This document shows positions 56,156 to 64,000 of a stretch of 64,000 bases of DNA, piece by piece. Source of the stretch: Leptospiria bacterium. GTDB taxonomy: Bacteria > Spirochaetota > Leptospiria > Turneriellales > CBDBES01. Positions within the stretch are counted from its first letter, which is position 1, and the number at the start of each line of letters is the position of its first letter. Made by a program: the position numbers and the translations under genes. The notes beneath the pieces are model-generated. The model was not told the DNA's origin. It did not search any database and saw only the letters and a list, made by a program, of their open reading frames with translations. The DNA is taken from NCBI GenBank assembly GCA_965262015.1, contig OZ253494.1, positions 1,018,720 through 1,082,719 of the forward strand, read 5' to 3'.

Positions 56156-59044
56156 TTAAAATACGTAATCCAGTACAATATGAAAATTACGTCCTTGTTT
56201 ATACTCATACACTACTTGCCTTGTTGTACTTCCTGGTAAAATAGTTGTTTGTGCGATTGCAGGATCAAGTAAATTGGATAATATGAAGCGCATACGTAAA
56301 GTATCGTAAAGACGCTGAGTTATTGATACACCCAAGCGATAAGCTCTTTCTTGTTCAATCTGGTTACGGAAACCTTGAACTCCTACTCTCGTAATGTACC
56401 GACCTGTTGTATGAAAGATCATAGAAAATAGAGTACCATACTTCTGATGAGCATAATTTATACTAGCATTAACGATATAAGACGGTTGGCCTTGTAAACG
56501 TCTCTTTGTGTCCAATAAGGAAGAGGCGATTGTAGCAAAAATATCAGGATTATTAATCTCTTTATACGATATAGTGTTGGGGAAGTCGATTCTAGAACTA
56601 CCCAATGTGAGATTACCTGTAAGATAGATATCACCCCAAGTTAATGGAAGCAACTGATCAAAACGATATCTTCCTTCTAGTTCAACACCATAAACATGAG
56701 CCCGATCAGCATTAAAAAACGTATAGGTATTGCTTGTAGAAATGATGGGCAACTCCTCAATTGGCTTCCTAATATCTTTGTAATACCCACTAATGGATAT
56801 AAAATCCTTTAAACCAAAATACCATTCAAAACGTATATCTACATTATCAATGTTAGATTTTACAAGTTGAGAGTTTCCAAAGATAGTATCACCAGTAACA
56901 GCACTGGTGGTCACGTATGATCCAAACTCTCTATAATCTGGACGGGCCATACTATGAGAGTATGACGTTTTTAATTTTACATTTTCTATAACAGTATATG
57001 ACAAAATAATAGAAGGTAAAATATCATAGTCAATAAACTCTGTTTTATTTGCACTGTTAGTCAAACTTAAAGTCTGTGAGCCAGTTACTAACTGAGAATA
57101 TTCAAGCCTAGCTCCAGTAGAGAGATGAATCTCACGTGTAAGGGGCATCACTAATTGAAAAAAATAGGCATAAATACTTTGGCTAGATTGGGTACGATTC
57201 CCTGTATCATTATTTTCAGTAAAGCGAACGCCATCTATAAGCTTGTCGTCTAATATAGACTGAAAGACACTTTCAGCATCATTTGCTAATACATTGGAGG
57301 AGAATTGCGAGCTATCACTAATCTCCCAAAGAAAACTACGTAATAAATTATCTCGATTACGATATAAATAATTAACACCAGTCTTAAAATGGGATTTGAA
57401 TTGGTCCCACTGTCTAAAATCAAACTTCCAGTATATTGAGCCATTATAAGTAGAATCAACATGTAGGTTATAATCTCTATGAAATTGTTGCACTAAGTAA
57501 TTGTCTGCTACAGCACCTTTATGGTAGTTTGACTCTCGTTTATCAGGTTCGTCTCTTGTAGAAAGAGAATAACCAAAATCCCACCCTAATTTATGAGATT
57601 TATCAATGGAGTGAATTCCATCTATACCAAGAAATAAAAAACCTTGACCAACATAATGTAATAAATCTTCACGAGTAGCACCATCTAAATCACTTTCCAC
57701 AAAAGTACGTACGGCATTGTTACTAGAGTTATGGCTATAATAAGCTACAAAATTCAGCTTATTCTGTTTATTTATCCAATAATGAGATGATAAAGCCAGA
57801 CCATACGTAGTTTGGTAAGCAGAGAGGTTACTAGTTTCAGTTGATAGTAGTGCACCTGACGTATTATAAGCATCTTTTTTCTCCACACGATTTTGTGAAA
57901 GTTCTCTAAACAATAAAGAGAAAAAATAACTAAGGTTAGAGGTTGGGCTAAAAACATGCTGGTTGGTATACTGCACGATCCCATTTATCTGTGGAAGTGC
58001 TCTTTTGCTCCGGATATTCCAAATATTATTATTTGCAAACAATTGTGTAGTTTGGAATTTAGCATCATTATCTGAAGGCTGTACGATTTGTTTAGATAAA
58101 TCACTTGGGAGCCGTCTATTCGAATCAAATGAACTCAAGCCCAAGCCATCTAATCCGCTACCATCATAAGTCTGAAAAGATCTAAAACTAGCCCGTGTAT
58201 TAAAACCCATAACAAATATTAGATTAAGTCTTTTTTTATCTATATATTCACTGAGATGTATATTCGTAGTACCACCCGAAAATTCACCTATTCTACTGGG
58301 AGAGTAGATCTTATCAATAATCACATTGTCAATGAGATAAATTGGGAATATACTTGAGATTACTCCTTTAGTATCAGGGTCTACTGAACCAATCAAGAAA
58401 TTATTAAGATACAAGGAACTGTAACGACGACCAAGACCACGCACATGAATAAAATCTCCGTTGATCGTATGCACACCTGGGATACGTACTACCGTGTTGG
58501 CAACATTATCATCTATGAACTGTGCACTTAACTCAAAGCTAATCCCATCTTCAAATCCATCATGACGCTTTCTTCCTCCAGTCAAAGCAGATTCACTATT
58601 ATTAATCACTGTTACTGGCCCAGCACTTGAACTTGTAATGGTACTGGGCAGTGCATCATAAGCAATTTTTAAATGATAATTTCTTACTACAGGCGAAACC
58701 TCTACCTCATCAATATCAGTAGTAGTATCATCTTTTTGATCACTACTAACACTTTGTGTTGCAATCTTATCTTTTAAGGAAATATAACCAGGAAGCACTA
58801 ACTTCATCTTGTATATCTTCCCAGATAATAGCCCAGGGAAGGAATAAAAACCATCTTTATTTGTAATTTCAACTAACGTTGCGGGGCCTTCTAATAGCAC
58901 AGTAACCCCAACGACAGGTAAGTTCGTTTCATAATCCCGCACTGTGCCTTGTAAAGTTACTCCAAAGAGAACAGAAGGCATACAAACCAGGAAGTAAGAT
59001 ATCCAATATTTTAAATACATGTGAACTATAAACAAAGCCACCAC
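56156..59044 (-). CDS. TonB-dependent outer-membrane receptor with an N-terminal CarboxypepD_reg domain
   Basis: GTVRDYETNLPVVGVTVLLEG...NKDGFYSFPGL (CarboxypepD_reg), then a plug (VRGLGRRYSSLYLNN) and a large barrel ending ...FHIVLDYVF with terminal Phe. The true start may be the internal MYLKYW. Confidence 0.85.
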   Translation of the reverse strand: MVALFIVHMYLKYWISYFLVCMPSVLFGVTLQGTVRDYETNLPVVGVTVLLEGPATLVEITNKDGFYSFPGLLSGKIYKMKLVLPGYISLKDKIATQSVSSDQKDDTTTDIDEVEVSPVVRNYHLKIAYDALPSTITSSSAGPVTVINNSESALTGGRKRHDGFEDGISFELSAQFIDDNVANTVVRIPGVHTINGDFIHVRGLGRRYSSLYLNNFLIGSVDPDTKGVISSIFPIYLIDNVIIDKIYSPSRIGEFSGGTTNIHLSEYIDKKRLNLIFVMGFNTRASFRSFQTYDGSGLDGLGLSSFDSNRRLPSDLSKQIVQPSDNDAKFQTTQLFANNNIWNIRSKRALPQINGIVQYTNQHVFSPTSNLSYFFSLLFRELSQNRVEKKDAYNTSGALLSTETSNLSAYQTTYGLALSSHYWINKQNKLNFVAYYSHNSSNNAVRTFVESDLDGATREDLLHYVGQGFLFLGIDGIHSIDKSHKLGWDFGYSLSTRDEPDKRESNYHKGAVADNYLVQQFHRDYNLHVDSTYNGSIYWKFDFRQWDQFKSHFKTGVNYLYRNRDNLLRSFLWEISDSSQFSSNVLANDAESVFQSILDDKLIDGVRFTENNDTGNRTQSSQSIYAYFFQLVMPLTREIHLSTGARLEYSQLVTGSQTLSLTNSANKTEFIDYDILPSIILSYTVIENVKLKTSYSHSMARPDYREFGSYVTTSAVTGDTIFGNSQLVKSNIDNVDIRFEWYFGLKDFISISGYYKDIRKPIEELPIISTSNTYTFFNADRAHVYGVELEGRYRFDQLLPLTWGDIYLTGNLTLGSSRIDFPNTISYKEINNPDIFATIASSLLDTKRRLQGQPSYIVNASINYAHQKYGTLFSMIFHTTGRYITRVGVQGFRNQIEQERAYRLGVSITQRLYDTLRMRFILSNLLDPAIAQTTILPGSTTRQVVYEYKQGRNFHIVLDYVF

Positions 59045-59267
59045 ACATGGCCTTGTCGCAATAACGAGCCAATAAGATGAAATGTCAACACACTATTTAC
59101 GACATGGTACTGCATTAAATTCATTAATTTTAGTTAAAAGATGCTCAAGATTACCATCTATAACAAAGATAATAAATATAAAATACTTTTTCTACTTTAG
59201 TTTTTCACTAGACTGTCGCTAACTTAGTATGTGGGAGAGGATATCCTCGTAGGGGGAGGGAATTATT

Positions 59268-59933
59268 ATGAAAAGGCTGTTATTAATATTCTTTTGTATT
59301 TCTCTTGGGCTACTTGCTGGTCCCAAAGATAATATTAGCAATCCATGGGATACTACTAATATTGAAAAGGAAATTAAAGTGCTCCATGCTAATCTTGCCA
59401 AAATATTTAGTAGTAATGATATAGATGGAATTAAAAATAATCAGTACAGTACAGATATCAATATGGGCTATCATAACTTTTTTAGTGATCGTGAGAAATA
59501 TGTTTATCGTCAGAGAGCTGTATGTTATTTTTCAGGTTTAAAATTACAAAAAATTGTATTCCTATACCAGCAAAGTGATACAACAAGATATTTCACAGAA
59601 GTAAGGCGTATAGAAGTAAATAACATAGGTGGTAAAACCATGGGTTCCATGCAGATTATATATGTTAGTTGGACATTGGATGAAGATCTGACAAATAAGG
59701 CAGTAAATAGGCAACTATTACCTCTCGATCCTAAACAGGCATTCCCTCCCGCGGCAGAAATTAAGATATATCATTTAGAATCTTTGAAACCTAGACAGAG
59801 ATATTCCACATTAAGAGAGTACAGAAAAATGTTAAATAAGTTAGGTCGTATGATTGAATACCGGATGCAACACAAAGAATACCAAAAAAATATTCAAGTG
59901 AACCATTCACTTAAAATTGGTAAGAACAACTAG
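59268..59933 (+). CDS. Exported hypothetical protein
   Basis: Strong RBS (GGGGGAGGG) and signal peptide MKRLLLIFFCISLGLLAG. No recognisable motif. Confidence 0.55.
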   Translation: MKRLLLIFFCISLGLLAGPKDNISNPWDTTNIEKEIKVLHANLAKIFSSNDIDGIKNNQYSTDINMGYHNFFSDREKYVYRQRAVCYFSGLKLQKIVFLYQQSDTTRYFTEVRRIEVNNIGGKTMGSMQIIYVSWTLDEDLTNKAVNRQLLPLDPKQAFPPAAEIKIYHLESLKPRQRYSTLREYRKMLNKLGRMIEYRMQHKEYQKNIQVNHSLKIGKNN

Positions 59934-59993
59934 AATAGTGGTTGATAAAAATAGTATAGTACATATCCTTATAACAATGCTCAGACATGTTCG

Positions 59994-60461
59994 TTAGCTT
60001 ATAAAGGCAAAAAAATAAAAAGCAAGACCAAGTAAAACAGTTAACCATAGACAAATAAACGCTACACGCCCTAGTCGCTTATGCATGAGGCTACTTTGGT
60101 TTGGAGATATAGAAGTTCGAAAAGCATACATAGCATGAGAAAAAGTAATTGTCCACATAATGACAGTAGATATGGCAAAACATAAGTGTATCCATAAAAT
60201 AGGCCAAACTAAGGTTACATAGTATTTTGAATTCTTAGCACTATCTATCCAACCGTAATAACGTACTTCAATTTCAAATAAAATAATAGTGAAAATTAAT
60301 AATCCAGTTAAAAATAATTGTAATTTTCTATGTAATAGATAATTCCGTTGAAAACGTACAGTATAAATACTATATGTCAGAACCATTAAGGCAAGAAGGA
60401 AAATAACAATAATAACGTCCATTCGCCATGAAGCACGTGAAATATTGATAAATAATACCAT
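59994..60461 (-). CDS. DUF420-family membrane protein
   Basis: 4-5 TM segments with the conserved His-containing blocks HRKLQLFL, ILWIHLCFAI and MHKRLGRVAFICLWLTV. It lies next to respiratory genes. Confidence 0.55.
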   Translation of the reverse strand: MVLFINISRASWRMDVIIVIFLLALMVLTYSIYTVRFQRNYLLHRKLQLFLTGLLIFTIILFEIEVRYYGWIDSAKNSKYYVTLVWPILWIHLCFAISTVIMWTITFSHAMYAFRTSISPNQSSLMHKRLGRVAFICLWLTVLLGLAFYFFAFIS

Positions 60462-60523
60462 ACTTCTCTGAAATTCTAATTAAGATACTCAACAACTAAA
60501 AACAATCTTTAGCTATAAAAAAA

Positions 60524-60594
60524 AGCGGGCGATGGGACTCGAACCCACGCTAAAAGCTTGGAAGGCTTTTGTGCTACCGTTACACCACGCCCGC
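60524..60594 (-). tRNA. tRNA-Gly (anticodon UCC)
   Basis: The reverse complement reads GCGGGCGTGGTGTAACGGTAGCACAAAAGCCTTCCAAGCTTTTAGCGTGGGTTCGAGTCCCATCGCCCGCT. Acceptor stem GCGGGCG/CGCCCGC, anticodon stem AAAGC/GCTTT with loop CTTCCAA. Confidence 0.85.
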
Positions 60595-60604
60595 ATCAGT
60601 ATTG

Positions 60605-61825
60605 TTAATGTGGCTGGTGAAAATGGAGTGATGTTTGTAAATCTACATCTCCAACAGGTAATTCATTAGATTTGGCAAAATAATGAAAAAATACATAACC
60701 AAATAAGCCTACCGAACCCATAAATGCTCCTATCTCATTCCAAGATACAGGGAATCTATTTTTTATATTAAATCCACCGTATACACTCCAAATAATATCC
60801 ATAAACCCCATAAATAAACACCAACAAGCTATGCCACACAAAACTTTTGGTTTTCTTTTAACCTGTCTAGAAAGTAATACAATAAACGGTACAATAAAAT
60901 GCCCTACCCAGAATAAGATAGTAAACAGGCCAAAGAAATTTTTATGAGTAAAACGTAGACGTCTTTCTAAGTAGATAGTTTCTTCTGGTAAATTAGTATA
61001 CCATATTAACATGAACTGTGAAAATGCAATATATGCCCAAAAAATAGTAAACATAAGTAAGAACTTACCTAAATCATGATAGTGCTCAACTGTAACTTGT
61101 TTTAGTCCATTATTATATTGAATAACATACAAGAGAATAATCCAAGCTGAAATACCTGAATATGCTGCACCTGAAAATACATAAATAGGGAACATCGAAG
61201 AATACCAATGTGGTTCTAAGGACATGACAACATCAATTGAAAAAAAGGCTAATAGATATGCCATCCCAACCATATAGCCTGCTCCCATTCTTACTAATTT
61301 GTCTTTTATGGCAACTCTTTCTGTGGGATTACAATCATCCTGCACTAAAGATTTTTTATGCATCATACGCCCTAACATATACAGCATAACAAAATATAAG
61401 ACCACACGGGAGATGAAGAATGGAGTATTTAGATACCAGGCTTTAGCATCCAATAGTGTATCCTGTTTAATCAGACCAGTGCAATCATGATTAATAGTAC
61501 AATGTTCATAATGGGCCCATTCATATATGTGAGATAGACTAAAAAATAAAGCGATCATAAATAAAAAAGTAATAGGAAGTATATATACCATGGTCTCTGG
61601 GATACGGCGAATAGCAACTGACCATTTAGCACCTGCAATAAATTGTAAGGCTGTAAAAAAGCCCCCACTCACGGAGACTGTGAACAGAAAACATATCACT
61701 GCAAGCAACAATAACCAACCTTGATCAGGCGAAATATAGAATGTCATCATTAAGGTTACAAGCCCCAAACCTACCATGCCCAATAAGATAGAACGCACAT
61801 CTGAAGATAGTATAAATTTTTGCAT
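60605..61825 (-). CDS. actF: Alternative complex III subunit ActF-like (NrfD-related polytopic membrane protein)
   Basis: About 10-TM protein that follows the actC-actD-actE genes in the canonical order. Confidence 0.65.
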   Translation of the reverse strand: MQKFILSSDVRSILLGMVGLGLVTLMMTFYISPDQGWLLLLAVICFLFTVSVSGGFFTALQFIAGAKWSVAIRRIPETMVYILPITFLFMIALFFSLSHIYEWAHYEHCTINHDCTGLIKQDTLLDAKAWYLNTPFFISRVVLYFVMLYMLGRMMHKKSLVQDDCNPTERVAIKDKLVRMGAGYMVGMAYLLAFFSIDVVMSLEPHWYSSMFPIYVFSGAAYSGISAWIILLYVIQYNNGLKQVTVEHYHDLGKFLLMFTIFWAYIAFSQFMLIWYTNLPEETIYLERRLRFTHKNFFGLFTILFWVGHFIVPFIVLLSRQVKRKPKVLCGIACWCLFMGFMDIIWSVYGGFNIKNRFPVSWNEIGAFMGSVGLFGYVFFHYFAKSNELPVGDVDLQTSLHFHQPH

Positions 61826-61853
61826 ATTATATCACCCTAATAAATTGTATTTG

Positions 61854-62420
61854 TTACCATATAACAGCGGATTTTTTTTGTAAATACTTTACGTAGTGTG
61901 CAATAGCCCATTTATCTTTTTCTAATATATGCGTTGAATAGCTTTGCATAGAACGTATACCCACTTGAATTACATGATATATCCGCTTAGCAGGCCAGGT
62001 AACAGGAGGCACTTCTCGATTAGGCACCTGCACAAGAGGTCTCACTCCAACCCATTTTTTCTTAATTGGACCATCACCTTTACCACTAATACCATGACAA
62101 GGAGCACAATAGATAGCATATTGTTTTTTTCCTCTTCGTAAAACAATGTTACTGATATGATTAAAAGGACTTTTTAATTCAGAAGCTATTTGATCATAAT
62201 TCTGTAAATACTCTTTCATAGTATATACAGAAGATCCATAAGGTATAGTATTCTCAGGAGGTAACATTGCCCCCTGTCGCTTACCAATAAAATCATACTC
62301 TTGTGAATCTACAGCAGGTGAATAATGCATATCCGGGAAGTAATCATAGCCAACACATCCTACCTGCAAGAATATGAACAAAAAACAACTACAACGTTTC
62401 ATAGGTATTTGTCTAATCAC
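61854..62420 (-). CDS. actE: Alternative complex III monoheme cytochrome c subunit (lipoprotein)
   Basis: Single CAPCHG heme motif and an N-terminal lipobox-like LQVGC. Confidence 0.7.
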   Translation of the reverse strand: MIRQIPMKRCSCFLFIFLQVGCVGYDYFPDMHYSPAVDSQEYDFIGKRQGAMLPPENTIPYGSSVYTMKEYLQNYDQIASELKSPFNHISNIVLRRGKKQYAIYCAPCHGISGKGDGPIKKKWVGVRPLVQVPNREVPPVTWPAKRIYHVIQVGIRSMQSYSTHILEKDKWAIAHYVKYLQKKSAVIW

Positions 62421-62964
62421 TTAAAACCACCTTGGTAATATGGTGAGGCAAATCACCTAGTATGGTTTTTATTTTTTTTTCATCTATCTCATCACCAATC
62501 CAAATACATAAACGATCTTGGGTTGTTCCTGGTGCAAATAATGGCCTACTTGGCTTATATGAGCGAGATAAAAACAAGAAAGCAACCAAGGTAAAAATAC
62601 CACTGAATAAAATTGTTAATTCGAAAGTAATAGGAATATAAGCAGGCCAAGCGAAGAATGGCTTACCTCCAATATTCATAGGCCAGTCTATCACATCTAC
62701 ATAGAACATAAAAGAGAATGAAAAAGAACAGCCCAAGATACCACCCAATAACGTAAATAAGGTTAACCATGAGCGTTGTAAACCCATTGCCTTATCTAAA
62801 CCATGTACAGGAAATGGAGTAAAGCAATCTATTTTTTCTATATGGGAAGCAACTAACTTCTTCGTGGCCAAAAGTAATGTAGATTCATCTTTAACATACA
62901 CCAACCATCCAGAATTAACTTCTTGGTAGCGAAACAGACCTTTGCGAATATCACTAAACTTCAT
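62413..62964 (-). CDS. actD: Alternative complex III subunit ActD (DUF3341)
   Basis: A soluble N-terminal half plus two TM segments, overlapping actE by 8 nt. The call rests on position and size. Confidence 0.6.
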   Translation of the reverse strand: MKFSDIRKGLFRYQEVNSGWLVYVKDESTLLLATKKLVASHIEKIDCFTPFPVHGLDKAMGLQRSWLTLFTLLGGILGCSFSFSFMFYVDVIDWPMNIGGKPFFAWPAYIPITFELTILFSGIFTLVAFLFLSRSYKPSRPLFAPGTTQDRLCIWIGDEIDEKKIKTILGDLPHHITKVVLSD

Positions 62965-62976
62965 ACTGTCTTCTCA

Positions 62977-64000
62977 TTATATTTTTTTATGCTCTAACTC
63001 TAAACGTTCGTTAGCTTCATCAGCCTTAACTTCGCTAAATGCAATTACGGGTAGTACTCTAACAAAAATAAGATAGAGGGTAAAAAAGAAACCAAACGAA
63101 CCTAATAAAATACCATAATCCACCCAGGTGGGTATGTAGAGGTCCCAACTAGAGGTCAAAAAATCCCTGTGAAGAGAAGTAATAATGATAACAAAACGCT
63201 CAAACCACATGCCAATATTCACCACAATGGACACTGCGAAGAGTACATATATATTTGTACGCAATTTTTTGAACCACATAAAATGTGGTGAAACCACGTT
63301 ACAGGTAAACATTGTCCAGAATGCAAATGCATATGGACCTTTAAGTCGATTTAAAAATACATACTGTTCAGGTTCATATCCACTATAGGCTGCCATAAGA
63401 AATTCCATGGTATAAGAAAAAGAAACGATCATTCCTGTTACCAGGATAATAATACCCATATTTTCTAAATGCTTCATGGTAATATATGCTTTGAGTTTAA
63501 AAACTTCACGAGTTATAATGAGCAAAGTAAGTACCATTGCAAAACCCGAATAAATAGCACCTGTCACAAAATAAGGTGGAAATAAAGTTGAATGCCAACC
63601 AGGAACAACGGCAGTAGCAAAATCAAATGAAACAATTGTATGTACCGAAAGGACGAGGGGTGTTGACAAAGCCGCAAACATCAGTACCATTTTTTCATAA
63701 TGAGACCATGCTCTGGCAGAACCAACCCAACCCAGTGCCATGGCTCTAATGGATATCTTTTTTACTTTAAGTAAAAAAGAGGAAATAGGCCCTGTAGCTT
63801 GTAATTTTTCTTGGCGGTCCCTAATATTGGCTAGATCAGGTACCAATCCCATGTACCAAAAAATAATAGAGATAAGAGCGTACGTAGTAATGGCAAATGG
63901 ATCCCAAACAAGAGGTGATTTAAAGTTTACCCATAAAGGGCCTCTTTCGTTTGGATAAGGTACGGCCCAAAAAATAAACCAGGGCCTACCAACGTGTATA
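62977..64000 (-). CDS. actC: Alternative complex III quinol-oxidising subunit ActC (NrfD/PsrC family), 5'-truncated by window edge
   Basis: The frame stays open upstream of the listed Met to the window end: ...IHVGRPWFIFWAVPYPNERGPLWVNFKSPLVWDPFAITTYALISIIFWYMGLVPDLA... Confidence 0.75.
   Translation of the reverse strand, partial: IHVGRPWFIFWAVPYPNERGPLWVNFKSPLVWDPFAITTYALISIIFWYMGLVPDLANIRDRQEKLQATGPISSFLLKVKKISIRAMALGWVGSARAWSHYEKMVLMFAALSTPLVLSVHTIVSFDFATAVVPGWHSTLFPPYFVTGAIYSGFAMVLTLLIITREVFKLKAYITMKHLENMGIIILVTGMIVSFSYTMEFLMAAYSGYEPEQYVFLNRLKGPYAFAFWTMFTCNVVSPHFMWFKKLRTNIYVLFAVSIVVNIGMWFERFVIIITSLHRDFLTSSWDLYIPTWVDYGILLGSFGFFFTLYLIFVRVLPVIAFSEVKADEANERLELEHKKI

Overview
AT-rich (roughly one-third G+C by eye) chromosomal segment of a diderm bacterium, translation table 11. 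I cannot assign a taxon from the sequence alone. Most of the window is densely packed housekeeping DNA: hemF, purA, ispF, xseB, murI, lysC, trpA, rpsF-ssb-rplI-dnaB, zapA, tldD, a fatty-acid beta-oxidation pair, a plant-type ferredoxin-NADP reductase, two tRNAs and the distal part of an alternative-complex-III operon (actCDEF). Accessory segments are embedded in it. (1) Three paralogs of a secreted or lipoprotein family lie at 13.8-15.1 kb and as a 2 x 1.38 kb tandem duplication at 26.3-29.1 kb. (2) An island at 39.3-45.6 kb is bracketed by IS remnants. It holds two NHL-repeat lipoprotein paralogs, a third 5' fragment and gene debris. (3) A 1.47-kaa secreted protein with a papain-like C-terminal domain is translationally coupled to a small exported protein. 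(4) A TonB-dependent receptor, a FecR/TonB_C fusion and a lipoprotein form an operon. (5) An RND pump carries a ~320-aa periplasmic insertion. The most striking signal concerns all five genes of the two surface-protein families. Each carries a short tandem repeat of 5, 7 or 8 nt exactly between the ATG and the signal peptide. The unit length is never a multiple of 3 and the coding strand of the tract has no T. By direct base counting two genes are in frame (ON) and three are out of frame (OFF). This looks like a multi-locus, opa-like slipped-strand phase-variation system.
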